From Planctomycetota bacterium (lineage in GTDB: Bacteria > Planctomycetota > UBA1135): a stretch of 64,000 nucleotides of DNA. The notes under the pieces were generated by a model. It did not search any database and was not told the origin of the DNA. It saw only the letters and a program-made list of their open reading frames with translations. A program made the translations under genes and the position numbers. This document shows positions 53,412 through 63,697 of this stretch, piece by piece. The first letter of the stretch is position 1; the number at the start of each line of letters is the position of its first letter. The stretch spans positions 26,975-90,974 of the forward strand of contig JAQBXR010000006.1 in NCBI GenBank assembly GCA_027623295.1. The letters are read 5' to 3'.

Positions 53412-55337
53412 CTAGCGGTCGTCTTCCTGGTCCGCATAGCCCAAAGCACTCAGCGCCAAGTCCTGCGCTGCGCTGCGTTTGGTGTCGGTTTGGCGGAGGA
53501 ACCAGGTGTCGGCGTCGGAGAGCGCGGCAATCAGACGTTGTAGCTCGGCGGAAACCGTGGTGCCGGTGGATAGGAGGTTATGCTCCTCGGCTGGATCGCG
53601 TATTAGGTTGACCAGGCTGACATCGATGGGATCCCCCTCAATGACTTTGTCCTCGGCATCGGTTGGCCAGGCACCGGTCCACTTCCATCCGATGTCTTCG
53701 GTGACCGCCATTTCCTTTTGATCAACCACTACGTGCGCACGGGTGAGGTAGTCGCGGGTAACGGGAATGCCAGTGAAGGATTCCGGCAAGTCAATGCCCG
53801 CTAAGGCAAGCAGGGTTGGTGCAACATCGGCGCCGTGCGGTGCGGCGCCAAGGTGCGCGGGAATCACGCCCTCGCCCCAAACCATGAATGGCACCTGAAT
53901 GTTTTTCTCGTACAGGGAGTTGGCGTGGTCCATGAGGTTGTGCTCGCCAAACTGTTCGCCGTGGTCAGCGGTAAGCAACACCACATAAGGACGTCCACTC
54001 TGGTCCGCCAAAGCGAAAAACTCTTCCAATTTTTGGTCCACGTAAACCATTTCCTCCAGGTACACCTGGTGGTAATAACGTGCCGCAACTTCGGCTTCCG
54101 GATCATCTTTCTTCAGGGCATCTTCCACGCTGCGGACTAATGCGAGCGAGATCTCGGCAGTGGGCGATGGCAAGAAGCGCTTAGCCACTTGCGGTGCAAG
54201 TTCCCCCGATAGCGTGCCGCGCAACTGTGCCGGTGGACGGTATGCGGTATGCGGATCCATGTAATGCAGGAACTGGAAGAACGGACGCTCCGATGCGTAG
54301 TTGTCCTTCAATTGCTGAATAGCCGCCTTATTCACCCGATCCGCCAGAGGAATATCCTTCAGCTGCAGCTGCTTGCGGAAGAAAATGCGCTGAAAAGTCA
54401 GACGCGTGCGCTCTTCCGAGAATAAAAATCCCGCCCACGTATTTTCATGCAAGTACTGCGACAGCAAAATCGCATAAGGTCCTAAGCCAATCGGATCATC
54501 GGAGTAACTGTCGTAGCCGCGATGCATGCCGGTTGCTGCAGAAAGCAGCGCATTTGAAATCACACCTGAGGTGTGCCATCCGGCCTCTTGGAAATACTCG
54601 GAAACCAACTTCACTTTTGCATCGGGCAGGTCAACGTTGGAGCGCACACCATGCACCATGGCATTCACTCCGGTCAACATGCCGACATGACCCGGCAAAG
54701 TTTGATTGCTGCTCGACCACGCATAGTTCGCCCACAAAGAACTGGGACGCTTGCGGTCAAGGAAGGGCGTGGGTGCGGTGGAGTCGCCCTCGGTGTTGGG
54801 ATCATCGACGATGGCATCGGCGCGCAAGGTGTCGACTGAAATCAAGAAGACATCGATGCCGGTTGGGACTGGACGCGTGTCCGCGGTGGCGTCGTAAACG
54901 TCTGGCGACAGGCTGGCGGTGGTCTGCGGCAAGAAGGGGGTGGCGACCAGGAAGGCGGCCATCAACCCTGTTTGAATCACTTCGATAGCTGGCGGCATGG
55001 TGTAGCGGCGGAAGACTTTTAGTTGCGCAAAAGCCAGCAGGAAGACGCCAGGCAGAAGGAACATGATCCCAGGCAAGCTAGAACCCATTAGCGGGGTCCA
55101 GCCAATCGCCCAGCCGACCCAAGAAGCGGTTTGGACCGGGCTTTTGAGCTTCGATTTCAGCACCCCAAGCAGGAGCCAGGCAGGGAAACATAATGCCCAT
55201 GCATTCAGCAGAGCGAACCCCATCATTTCCCGTCGAAAGAAGGGCTGAGGATTCGATGTTTGTAGCCAGCCGTCCAGCAGGGCCATAAGGCCACTGGCAG
55301 AGAGGAGAGCGAAGCCGCAACGGAGCCATTGACGCAT
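53412..55337 (-). CDS. Membrane-anchored sulfatase-like hydrolase/transferase, paralogue of 43876-45837
   Basis: Polytopic N-domain, then DVFLISVDTLRADA, SSSNQTLPGHVGMLTG and LTADHGEQFGEH. C-terminal LSALGYADQEDD parallels LGDLGYVDSAEED in the paralogue. Confidence 0.8.
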   Translation of the reverse strand: MRQWLRCGFALLSASGLMALLDGWLQTSNPQPFFRREMMGFALLNAWALCFPAWLLLGVLKSKLKSPVQTASWVGWAIGWTPLMGSSLPGIMFLLPGVFLLAFAQLKVFRRYTMPPAIEVIQTGLMAAFLVATPFLPQTTASLSPDVYDATADTRPVPTGIDVFLISVDTLRADAIVDDPNTEGDSTAPTPFLDRKRPSSLWANYAWSSSNQTLPGHVGMLTGVNAMVHGVRSNVDLPDAKVKLVSEYFQEAGWHTSGVISNALLSAATGMHRGYDSYSDDPIGLGPYAILLSQYLHENTWAGFLFSEERTRLTFQRIFFRKQLQLKDIPLADRVNKAAIQQLKDNYASERPFFQFLHYMDPHTAYRPPAQLRGTLSGELAPQVAKRFLPSPTAEISLALVRSVEDALKKDDPEAEVAARYYHQVYLEEMVYVDQKLEEFFALADQSGRPYVVLLTADHGEQFGEHNLMDHANSLYEKNIQVPFMVWGEGVIPAHLGAAPHGADVAPTLLALAGIDLPESFTGIPVTRDYLTRAHVVVDQKEMAVTEDIGWKWTGAWPTDAEDKVIEGDPIDVSLVNLIRDPAEEHNLLSTGTTVSAELQRLIAALSDADTWFLRQTDTKRSAAQDLALSALGYADQEDDR

Positions 55338-55433
55338 GTAGAAAGTCTATCCCGAGAGGTGGGAAGGAGCCACATTCCCAAGCCGGTGAGCTTGAGATAG
55401 GGTAGAATGATGCACTACCCTCACGGGAGAAAC

Positions 55434-56570
55434 ATGGAATTTTCCCTTACAGAAGACCACGAGATGATCCGCGATTCGGCGCGAGAATTTGCCGATCGCG
55501 TTTTGCGTCCCAATGCCGCGCGCTGGGATGCAGAAGAAAAATTTCCGACCGAAGCCATCCAAGAAGCTGCAGAAGCAGGATTTTTGGGGCTGACGGTTCC
55601 TGAAGAATATGGCGGTGCTGGACTCGGCAACCTCCACGCCTCGATTCTTTTGGAAGAGATCAACGCCGGATGCGCCAGTGTTGGCGTGACCATTTCGGTG
55701 CACATGTCCCTCATGTGCTCCATGTTGGCGAAGCACGGTACTGAGCTTCTGAAGAAGAAGTACCTTCCGACCTTGGCTGATGGCACGATTCTTGGCGCCT
55801 ATTGCCTTACCGAACCGCAAGCCGGTTCCGATGCCGCAGCCGTACGCACGACTGCAGTGAAGGCAGATGGCGGCTACATTTTGAACGGCACTAAAGCTTG
55901 GATCACCACCGGCGAGCAAGCCGGTTTGTTTGTGGTCTACGCAGTTACCGATCCCTCTGCTAAGCAAGGTGCGGGCATCACTGCGTTCTTGGTCGAAAAA
56001 GGTTACGCCGGATTGGAAGTAGGCAAGAAGGAGTTGAAGCTTGGTATTCGTGCCAGCTCCACCACCGAGATTTTGCTGAACGATGTCTTCGTTCCTGACG
56101 AGAACATCGTCGGTGAAATGAATCAGGGCTTCAAGATTGCGCTCGACACCTTAGATGGTGGACGCATTGGCATTGGTTCGCAAGCGGTCGGTATTCACCG
56201 TGCTTGTTTGGAAGCATCAACCAAATACGCAGCTGAACGCGAGCAGTTTGGAAAGCCGATTAATCGCTTCCAGGCCATCGCATTCAAGCTGGCAGACATG
56301 GCGACTGAGTTGGACGCCGCCCGCTTGTTAGTCCAACGCGCAGCATGGTTGCGCGATAACGGTCAACCAAGCACCAAGGCATGCTCGATGGCGAAACTGT
56401 TCGCATCGCAGGCTTGTAATCGTGCGGCGCAAGATGCCGTGCAAATCCATGGTGGCGCTGGTTACACCAAGGAGTTCCCTGTGGAGCGTTACTACCGCGA
56501 TGCCCGCATTACTGAAATTTACGAAGGCGCCACCGATGTGCAGCGCATCGTCATCTCGCGTAATCTGTAG
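55434..56570 (+). CDS. Acyl-CoA dehydrogenase (short/butyryl-chain-like)
   Basis: [54 protein letters not shown]. Confidence 0.9.
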   Translation: MEFSLTEDHEMIRDSAREFADRVLRPNAARWDAEEKFPTEAIQEAAEAGFLGLTVPEEYGGAGLGNLHASILLEEINAGCASVGVTISVHMSLMCSMLAKHGTELLKKKYLPTLADGTILGAYCLTEPQAGSDAAAVRTTAVKADGGYILNGTKAWITTGEQAGLFVVYAVTDPSAKQGAGITAFLVEKGYAGLEVGKKELKLGIRASSTTEILLNDVFVPDENIVGEMNQGFKIALDTLDGGRIGIGSQAVGIHRACLEASTKYAAEREQFGKPINRFQAIAFKLADMATELDAARLLVQRAAWLRDNGQPSTKACSMAKLFASQACNRAAQDAVQIHGGAGYTKEFPVERYYRDARITEIYEGATDVQRIVISRNL

Positions 56571-57748
56571 TGAGTACTTCGGATATGGAAAACATAGTTA
56601 CGAACTTTGACCTCACCGAAGAGCAGGAGATGATCCGCGACACGGTGCGTCGTTTTGCTAACGAAGTGGTTGCACCTGGTGCGGCCGCTGCCGATGAACA
56701 CAAGCAACTCAACATGGACGCCTGGAAGGGAATGTGTGAGCTCGGGCTTCCCGGCTTACCGTTCTCAGAAGAAGTCGGTGGTGTGGGCATGGACAACCTT
56801 TGCTACAACATCGCAGTTGAGGAACTTTCCCGCGTTTGCGCAAGCACAGGCCTAACCCTGGCTGCCCACGTATCGCTTGGCACTTGGCCAATCTACGCAT
56901 TTGGCTCTGATGCACTCAAAGAACGCTACCTGCCAGGTTTGTGCAGTGGCGAGTTCATGGGCGCATACGGCCTGACCGAGCCGGGTGCTGGGTCGGATAG
57001 TGCTGGTACTCAAACCACTGCGGTTTTAGATGGCGACCATTACATGATCAATGGCGCTAAGTGTTTCATTACCAATGGCAGTTACGCAAAGAGCTTTGTG
57101 ATTACGGTGCAGTCGGATAAGTCGCTTGGTGCGAAGGGAATCATGGCGATGGTCATTGACCGTGACCAAGCTGGGTTCAAGATTGAACCTGGTGAGGAAA
57201 AACTCGGCATGCGTGGTTCCGATTGGGTGAATCTCGTGTTCGAAGACTGCCGCGTTCCGACCGATGCCGTGCTCGGCCCAGAAGGTGAAGGTTTCGCGAC
57301 TTTCATGAAAACCTTGGAAGGCGGACGCATTTCGATTGCATCGCTTAGCCTCGGTATTGCACAAGGCGCTTTGGATCAGGCTTTGGCTTACGGCAAAGAG
57401 CGTGAGCAGTTTGGTGTGCCTTTGGTCAAGCATCAGGCGGTGGCCTTCAAGCTTGCCGATATGGAGACTGAAATCACCGCAGCCCGTCACTTGGTTTACC
57501 ACGCGGCGCGCTTGAAAGATGCTGATCGTCCTTATGGTTCTGCTGCTGCAGTCGCCAAGTACTACGCATCGGAAGTCGCCATGCGCTGCACTTACGAAGC
57601 GATTCAAATCTTCGGTGGAAACGGCTACTCCCGCGAGTACCCAGTCGAACGTATGTACCGCGACGCCAAGTTGTGCACCATCGGAGAAGGCACTTCAGAA
57701 GTGCAGCAGATCATCATCTCGCGCGATCTCTTGAAGCGAATGGCTTAA
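56570..57748 (+). CDS. Acyl-CoA dehydrogenase
   Basis: [55 protein letters not shown] start overlaps the upstream stop; ATG 56585 is an alternative. Confidence 0.9.
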   Translation: MSTSDMENIVTNFDLTEEQEMIRDTVRRFANEVVAPGAAAADEHKQLNMDAWKGMCELGLPGLPFSEEVGGVGMDNLCYNIAVEELSRVCASTGLTLAAHVSLGTWPIYAFGSDALKERYLPGLCSGEFMGAYGLTEPGAGSDSAGTQTTAVLDGDHYMINGAKCFITNGSYAKSFVITVQSDKSLGAKGIMAMVIDRDQAGFKIEPGEEKLGMRGSDWVNLVFEDCRVPTDAVLGPEGEGFATFMKTLEGGRISIASLSLGIAQGALDQALAYGKEREQFGVPLVKHQAVAFKLADMETEITAARHLVYHAARLKDADRPYGSAAAVAKYYASEVAMRCTYEAIQIFGGNGYSREYPVERMYRDAKLCTIGEGTSEVQQIIISRDLLKRMA

Positions 57749-57751
57749 AGC

Positions 57752-58600
57752 ATGACTCAGCGCGAAACCCGCATTGGAAAGTTCCGCGTGGTTGCATTGC
57801 GCGACGCGAACTTCGCCCTCGATGGAGGTGCCATGTTTGGTGTGGTGCCGCGCGCGTTGTGGCAACAGCTAACCGAGGTGAATGAAGATCACACCATTCC
57901 GTTAGCGGCAACGCCATACTTGCTAGATGATGGCGTGAATCGCATTGTCATTGAACCCGGTATGGGCCGGCGCTGGAATGAGAAGCAGACTAAAATGTTT
58001 CACATTGATCATTCTGGCGGACATGATTTGCTGGAGTCCTTGCGTGGCGCAGGGCTGGAGCCGGAAGACGTCACGCATTGTTTGATGACGCATTGCCACT
58101 GGGATCACATCGGTGCGACTTGTGGTGAAGATGGCAAGCCAGTGTTTCCTAATGCACAGCATTGGGCGGTGGAAAGTGAAGTCAAGGCACTGAGCGCGCA
58201 AGGCCATATGCGCGGTGCGAGTTATCGCATTGAGGATTTACAGCCAGTCATAGATGCTGGCCTATTGAACAGTTTCTCTGGCGAGGTTGAAGTTTTGCCA
58301 GGAATCAAGATGACCGAATTAGGTGGTCATAGCGAAGGCATCGCACTGATTCGGATTGAATCGGAAGGGGAGAAGGGAGCTTTCTGGGCTGACATCGTCC
58401 CAACCCGCAACCACGTACATTTGCCATTCATCATGGCTTATGACATGAACGCCGAGAAGTCCTTTGCCGTACGCAGCGAGTGGATTAAAAAATCCGCCGA
58501 GGAAGGCTGGCTCAACATGCTCTACCACGACACAATTTCCCCGCTGGGACGCTTCGTGTTTGATGGCAAGAAGTACGGCTACGACGCGCTGGTCGACTAA
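57752..58600 (+). CDS. MBL-fold metallo-hydrolase
   Basis: CLMTHCHWDHIG (HxHxDH) and ELGGHSEG. Confidence 0.8.
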   Translation: MTQRETRIGKFRVVALRDANFALDGGAMFGVVPRALWQQLTEVNEDHTIPLAATPYLLDDGVNRIVIEPGMGRRWNEKQTKMFHIDHSGGHDLLESLRGAGLEPEDVTHCLMTHCHWDHIGATCGEDGKPVFPNAQHWAVESEVKALSAQGHMRGASYRIEDLQPVIDAGLLNSFSGEVEVLPGIKMTELGGHSEGIALIRIESEGEKGAFWADIVPTRNHVHLPFIMAYDMNAEKSFAVRSEWIKKSAEEGWLNMLYHDTISPLGRFVFDGKKYGYDALVD

Positions 58601-59412
58601 CGGATTTTCCGTTCCGACAATCCCATCGCAACACGTTGCATAGCCAGGACCAATAACGCCATGGCAAGGGTTGCAGCAGTCAGGCGCCACCAACGGTCGT
58701 TGCCGAGATCGTTGAATGCCCATGCGTCGGCAATCATGGTTCCCCAAGACAGATGGCCTTGCATGCCGATGCCTAGGAAGGACAAAATGGCTTCAGCTTT
58801 GATGGCATAAAGGAAATGCAGGACAAACTGCGTGAGCAAAATCGGGCTGAGGTTTGGCAGCAGGTGGCGCATAACCAGAAATGGGGTGGAGGCACCATGC
58901 AGTTTGGCAGCAAGTAAATAAGGTTCGTTTTGTAAGCGTTGGACTTCCACCCGTACTAAGCGGTAAATGCCAACCCAAGAAACTAAACCAATCGCGAGGA
59001 ACACTCCTAAATAACCTCCGCCAAGCATCCAGCTAAGCACAAGGACCAACAGGATGCCAGGAATCGCTGCCACGCTGCCGCTGATCCATAACAAAAAACT
59101 ATCTAGGCGGCCTCCGTACCACCCAGCCAAAATTCCAAACAAGGCACCCAGTAAGACCGCAACGCCTGCGGCTAGGAAGCCAACCGATAAAGCAACTCGC
59201 ACGCCTTGCAGGGTGACCTCTAAAACATCGCGACCCAGCTGGTCCGTTCCTAACCATGCGCTGGAGTTCGGAGAGGCATAAGCAAAGACTTGGGCAGCAT
59301 GACCATCGCTGGAGTTGAGTAGTTTTAAGTCAATCTCTGCAGGGAACATGCCAAAGCTTCCAAGCAGGGCAATGAGCAAATAAAGCGCGAGGATTATGAG
59401 CCCAAACTTCAT
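58597..59412 (-). CDS. ABC transporter permease (DppC/OppC-like)
   Basis: WLGTDQLGRDVLEV N-terminal motif, 6 TM helices, EAA-like loop (AAKLHGASTPFLVMRHLLPN). Confidence 0.85.
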   Translation of the reverse strand: MKFGLIILALYLLIALLGSFGMFPAEIDLKLLNSSDGHAAQVFAYASPNSSAWLGTDQLGRDVLEVTLQGVRVALSVGFLAAGVAVLLGALFGILAGWYGGRLDSFLLWISGSVAAIPGILLVLVLSWMLGGGYLGVFLAIGLVSWVGIYRLVRVEVQRLQNEPYLLAAKLHGASTPFLVMRHLLPNLSPILLTQFVLHFLYAIKAEAILSFLGIGMQGHLSWGTMIADAWAFNDLGNDRWWRLTAATLAMALLVLAMQRVAMGLSERKIR

Positions 59413-60650
59413 GCTTGGCTCCTCTTTAAACGTGGATCACATAAAACGGCGATGGCTTCCCCCAGCCATTGGGCCAGAAGAAAGGTCACTGCAAAGAGAA
59501 AGGTTAGCGCCCGCAGTAAATTGGTGTCGTGATCCTTGACCGCTTCGACCAAACTGTTGCCGAGGCCAGGAATGTCGAACATATATTCGAGCAGTAAAGA
59601 GCCGAGCACCAAAAAGGGCAACGTGATGCAAAGTAAGGATGCCAGCGGAGCCGCAAGGTTTGGAAGTAGATGCCCAAGCCAAATGCGTCGCTTGGAAAGT
59701 CCGCGTGCACGAGCCGCGGTCATCCATTCCTGGTTGGACCGCTCCAGAACTAAGGTGCGATAAAGCAAAAAATCTGGCCAAGTAGAAATCCACACCCAAA
59801 TCAAAATGGGCAGTGCGACCAAGGGCCAAAAAGGTTCCGACCAGGGTCGCATGGGGAACCAAGCTAAATCGACTGCAAGGCTTTGGCGTAAAAACAGAAT
59901 CCATGCCAGAGAGGAAACCGAAACCACCATAATGGCAATGGTTTGCATGCTGCGATCGATCCGACGTCGAGCAGCGACCAGCATGGCTAAAGCGAGAGCC
60001 AAAACGGTAGATAAAGTGAACGCCGGAAGCGACAGCATTAAGGAGCGTTTGCCGCGGTCGCGAATCTTGTCGCTAACCAGGCGGCCTTGACGGTCATTGC
60101 CAAAATCAAAGTGCAGTAAGGAAGAAAAGCCGGTCAGGAAACGTTTCCACTTTGGCGCCGTTTGCGCCCAAGGCAATGCGTTTGGTGCGCCATCTTGTAA
60201 CAAGAAGGGGAGTTGATGCAGTGCCGCAGCAACCCCAGAGGCGCCGAGTTGCGAAGAAGCTTCGGGAGCAAAAGCTTGCAAGGACCAGGTGTCGCCCGAA
60301 AGCTTGGACAGTGCGGCGGCAAAGGAGGTGAGATTTCCTTCGGTGGTGACTGCAGCAAGCTTAGCGGTGCCATCTAAAACTTGAATCGAACCATCGTGCG
60401 CTTCAAAGCGTAAATCCATGGCGCCTGCAGTGGAGGAAAGTTGTAAGCGTAAAGCTTGCGCATCAAACTCCTCGTAGTGTCCCAAGCGTAAGCGAGCGAG
60501 TCCAACATCGGTGGCGCTGGCCCGAGGACCGACTTCGATCAAGGCAGGGTCGCCTACCAAGCCACTGTCCAAGGTCAAAAATAGAATCAGGTCAGCGCCT
60601 ACCACCAAGGACAGGGCAAACCATAGCCGACGCAATATCTTCCCCATCAA
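59409..60650 (-). CDS. ABC transporter permease (DppB/OppB-like) with an enlarged first periplasmic loop
   Basis: ARARGLSKRRIWLGHLLPNLAAPL EAA loop. At 413 aa it is longer than the roughly 310-340 aa I recall for this family; the extra segment lies after TM1. Confidence 0.8.
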   Translation of the reverse strand: MMGKILRRLWFALSLVVGADLILFLTLDSGLVGDPALIEVGPRASATDVGLARLRLGHYEEFDAQALRLQLSSTAGAMDLRFEAHDGSIQVLDGTAKLAAVTTEGNLTSFAAALSKLSGDTWSLQAFAPEASSQLGASGVAAALHQLPFLLQDGAPNALPWAQTAPKWKRFLTGFSSLLHFDFGNDRQGRLVSDKIRDRGKRSLMLSLPAFTLSTVLALALAMLVAARRRIDRSMQTIAIMVVSVSSLAWILFLRQSLAVDLAWFPMRPWSEPFWPLVALPILIWVWISTWPDFLLYRTLVLERSNQEWMTAARARGLSKRRIWLGHLLPNLAAPLASLLCITLPFLVLGSLLLEYMFDIPGLGNSLVEAVKDHDTNLLRALTFLFAVTFLLAQWLGEAIAVLCDPRLKRSQA

Positions 60651-62407
60651 TGTGGCGCGATGCGGAAGTACTTGGTGGCGAGGGGCTCAAAAGCGTGTGC
60701 CCGATAATTCGAAAACCATGGTTGGGTTAAGAACCAATTGTGGCGATGATCGATGGGGATCCCAGGCGTTTCAAAGTTTAAGATTTCTAGCATGCGGCCA
60801 ACTAGCAGTTCTCGTTCCGGCGAATCTTCCATACTGCGCATCTTCTTATAAAGTGCATCGTATTCCGCATTACGAAAACTCGACAAGTTGGTGTCGGTTC
60901 CGGCAAGATCGCCAAGGAATGTTTGCAGGATGAGAGCAGAGTCTGGCCAATCCAAGACCCAGGCGCTCAGGAAAATCTGAACCTGTCCATCTCGCTGGCG
61001 TTTCCGTTGCTCCGCGTAAGGCAGGGTCAAGAGTTCCATCTTGATGCCAACCTCAGCGGCCGTTTCCTGAAAGAAGAGGGCTACGGATTGCGAGCGCTCA
61101 TCGGCGAATGCGTGAAGCTCAAGCGTGGGCAGCCCCTTGCCTCCAGGATAACCCGCCTTTGCAAGAAGCTGGCGCGCACGGTCGAGATTGGTCGTAACCA
61201 GCTCCGATGCCGGAAATAATCTACTTGCCGGAATCACAGGAGAGAGAAAACTACGTGCGGCATCGGCAGTCGTGCCACCACGTACGGTGTCGTTCCAGAC
61301 TTTATGCGGGAAGGTGAGGGCGATGGCTTGGCGCAAAAGTCTGCGCTTTTCATTGCCGTCATCATCGCCACGTACGTTGCCAACCATTGGGTCCCGCATG
61401 CCAAAGCAGAGCATGGTTACGTCGGAGCCAGGGCAGTCGAAGAGCTGGTAGTTTCGATCCTTATACTCGCTTTGAATCTTGAAGTCGGAGTCAAGGAACT
61501 GTTCGACTCCCAAGGGGCCGAGGGATATGCGATCGAAAGCCCCGGCTTCAAATTGCAGCAAAGCGTTTTGTGAGTCGCGCACGACATGGAACTCCACCTG
61601 ATCTAGGAATGGAAGGGTGCCATCTTCGAACGGTGATTCTTGGCCACGCCAATTGGGAGTACGCCCAAAAATCACAGTTTGCCCTTCCACCCACTCTTGC
61701 AAGACAAAGGCGCCGCTGCCGACAGGCTCATTCAGCATGGATCGGCCTTCGGCTTGCGCAGCCTCGATGGGGTAGATCTCGAAATGAGTCATTGCGAGGC
61801 GCTGCAGGAAATCCGGATCAGGCTCAACAAGAGTCAGCTTTAGGTGATGAGCATCGATCACCTTAATCCCTTCGACGCCTTCCTCCATGGCTTTTAGCCA
61901 CGCCACTTCTGCAGTTTTGGGGTCGAGCGATGCGGTTTGCGTGCGGAACTCATTGAGTCCGAGGAATATCCCATCCATAGCCCACCATCCGTCGGAGGCG
62001 TTGCGCGCATCGGCCATGCGCAACCAAGAGTTCAGGACGTCTTGCGCAACCAGAGGTCGACTGCGTGAAGGCCAAAGTGGCGGATCAAAGGGATCGTAAA
62101 AAGCAGCATCGGTGCGTAAGCAAAGGTTCCACTCCGTGTGATTTTTAGCGGAGGACCATGCGTTCGCTAAGCATCCTTGAATACTGCCATCGTCCTTTAA
62201 ATATTGATACTCAAATAAGCACTCCAGAACCTGCCGCTGCATAACTGCATCTAGCATTTGGGTGCTTTGCACCGGATCGAATCCACCAGGTTCAGAGCTT
62301 AAACGCAAGCGCGCTACGCTTGGCTCCTGCTTGGTTTCTATGGAAGTGGACTCTTGTGCGACTAGGGAAGTCGCTGTCGTGAGCAGGAGTAAAGCTAGTG
62401 AGAACAA
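60647..62407 (-). CDS. ABC transporter substrate-binding protein, family 5 (peptide/nickel type)
   Basis: Signal peptide, then LRLSSEPGGFDPVQSTQMLDAVMQRQVLECLFEY. About 580 aa, as expected for SBP_bac_5. Confidence 0.8.
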   Translation of the reverse strand: MFSLALLLLTTATSLVAQESTSIETKQEPSVARLRLSSEPGGFDPVQSTQMLDAVMQRQVLECLFEYQYLKDDGSIQGCLANAWSSAKNHTEWNLCLRTDAAFYDPFDPPLWPSRSRPLVAQDVLNSWLRMADARNASDGWWAMDGIFLGLNEFRTQTASLDPKTAEVAWLKAMEEGVEGIKVIDAHHLKLTLVEPDPDFLQRLAMTHFEIYPIEAAQAEGRSMLNEPVGSGAFVLQEWVEGQTVIFGRTPNWRGQESPFEDGTLPFLDQVEFHVVRDSQNALLQFEAGAFDRISLGPLGVEQFLDSDFKIQSEYKDRNYQLFDCPGSDVTMLCFGMRDPMVGNVRGDDDGNEKRRLLRQAIALTFPHKVWNDTVRGGTTADAARSFLSPVIPASRLFPASELVTTNLDRARQLLAKAGYPGGKGLPTLELHAFADERSQSVALFFQETAAEVGIKMELLTLPYAEQRKRQRDGQVQIFLSAWVLDWPDSALILQTFLGDLAGTDTNLSSFRNAEYDALYKKMRSMEDSPERELLVGRMLEILNFETPGIPIDHRHNWFLTQPWFSNYRAHAFEPLATKYFRIAPH

Positions 62408-62413
62408 AACGTT

Positions 62414-63604
62414 TTACAGTGGTTCGGCCAGCATGGCGAGGTGGCGGTCGCCAACCCGTGTCGCGATTAAAGTCATGCGTTTATCGCCATACTTCTTAGG
62501 CAAGAAACGTTGCTCCAAGGTTTGTGGGCGTTCCGCAATGCCGCGCTTGCGAATGATCAAGCTGCCAACTTTGTGTTCGCGCATTAAGGCCCGCATCTTG
62601 CGCGGGTCGAGACTGTCAAGGGCAATGATGCGGAAGCCATCGAGGAATGGGCTATGCACTTCTTTATCACTAGTCAAGTAACCAATCTCGGGGTCGATGT
62701 TCCAAAGCCCCAACTCTTCCGCTAATTTGCCAAGCAATCCGGAGCGCACCATAGCGGGATCTGGATCGTAAAGGAAACCGCCAATCTCCCCGGTCTCGGC
62801 TTGCGCCTGTTCTGCACCGGAATAAGTTTCGCCCTGTGGAAGGATCGTGGCACGACGCTCTACGCCAGAGGCCAACTCGCCATACCAGAAGATGTTTTCC
62901 TTTGCTTCCCCGCGGTAAGAAACGATTTCGATCTCATCGGGTTTTGGAAACAACCGGAACAGCGTTTCCATGTCGACGGCAGGCGACAACTTTAAGCAGG
63001 CACCTGGGCGCCCTTCGATCATCTTGCTGACAATGTCTGGAGCGGGGGACCAATCTGCCGGATTCATAATCCGACGACTGCCACGACGCCGTGCCGGATC
63101 TAACATGATCGGGCCATCGGGTGGCAGCTCTTCGAGGCAATCGGCTACGTGAAAGTCAACCATGTCGGCCACGCCGGAGAGCGCAGCATTGGCCTCTGCA
63201 TAATGCACAGCGATGTCATTCTTATCGCTAGCGTGCACCTTCAACCCGGCCAGGGCCAAAGCGATGGTGTCGGAACCCATTCCGCAACAGGGGTCATAGA
63301 CCTCCTTAAATCCGGCCTCGGCAAAACGCTTTGCACGATAGGCCGCAACCGGTTGGCTCGAAGCCTGCTCCAGCAGAGGCTTGGTGAAGTACATGTCTAA
63401 GCCCAGATCAAACTTTTGCACCGCACGTCGGCGTAAAGCGCGGAGCTCCCCCATGGCTTCAGCAACTTTCTTAGGGAACATCCCGCGGAAACTCTCTTGA
63501 ATGGCCAGCGGATCATCGCCGAGGGTGCGAAATAGCACCATGGTCTCTTGAGCCTCTTCCGAGGTCAGAATCTTCGCGGTCTTGATGTCAAGTCTTACGG
63601 CCAT
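62414..63604 (-). CDS. Class I SAM-dependent methyltransferase with a C-terminal THUMP-like region
   Basis: VYDPCCGMGSDTIALALAG (motif I), IMLDPARRRG (motif IV-like). 6-nt gap to the downstream SBP gene. Confidence 0.65.
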   Translation of the reverse strand: MAVRLDIKTAKILTSEEAQETMVLFRTLGDDPLAIQESFRGMFPKKVAEAMGELRALRRRAVQKFDLGLDMYFTKPLLEQASSQPVAAYRAKRFAEAGFKEVYDPCCGMGSDTIALALAGLKVHASDKNDIAVHYAEANAALSGVADMVDFHVADCLEELPPDGPIMLDPARRRGSRRIMNPADWSPAPDIVSKMIEGRPGACLKLSPAVDMETLFRLFPKPDEIEIVSYRGEAKENIFWYGELASGVERRATILPQGETYSGAEQAQAETGEIGGFLYDPDPAMVRSGLLGKLAEELGLWNIDPEIGYLTSDKEVHSPFLDGFRIIALDSLDPRKMRALMREHKVGSLIIRKRGIAERPQTLEQRFLPKKYGDKRMTLIATRVGDRHLAMLAEPL

Positions 63605-63697
63605 CTGAGGTCATTCTAGCATTGAACGTGCATGAAAAACGGGTTCCGCACCCATCGTATAGATAGGCACGAAACCCGGTGCGGTCTCCAGAATACT

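Noticed and set aside
55347-55967. 206-aa minus-strand ORF spanning the ACAD upstream region and 5' part
   Set aside because: It overlaps the well-supported acyl-CoA dehydrogenase on the other strand and has no motif. It also leaves no room for the ACAD promoter or RBS.
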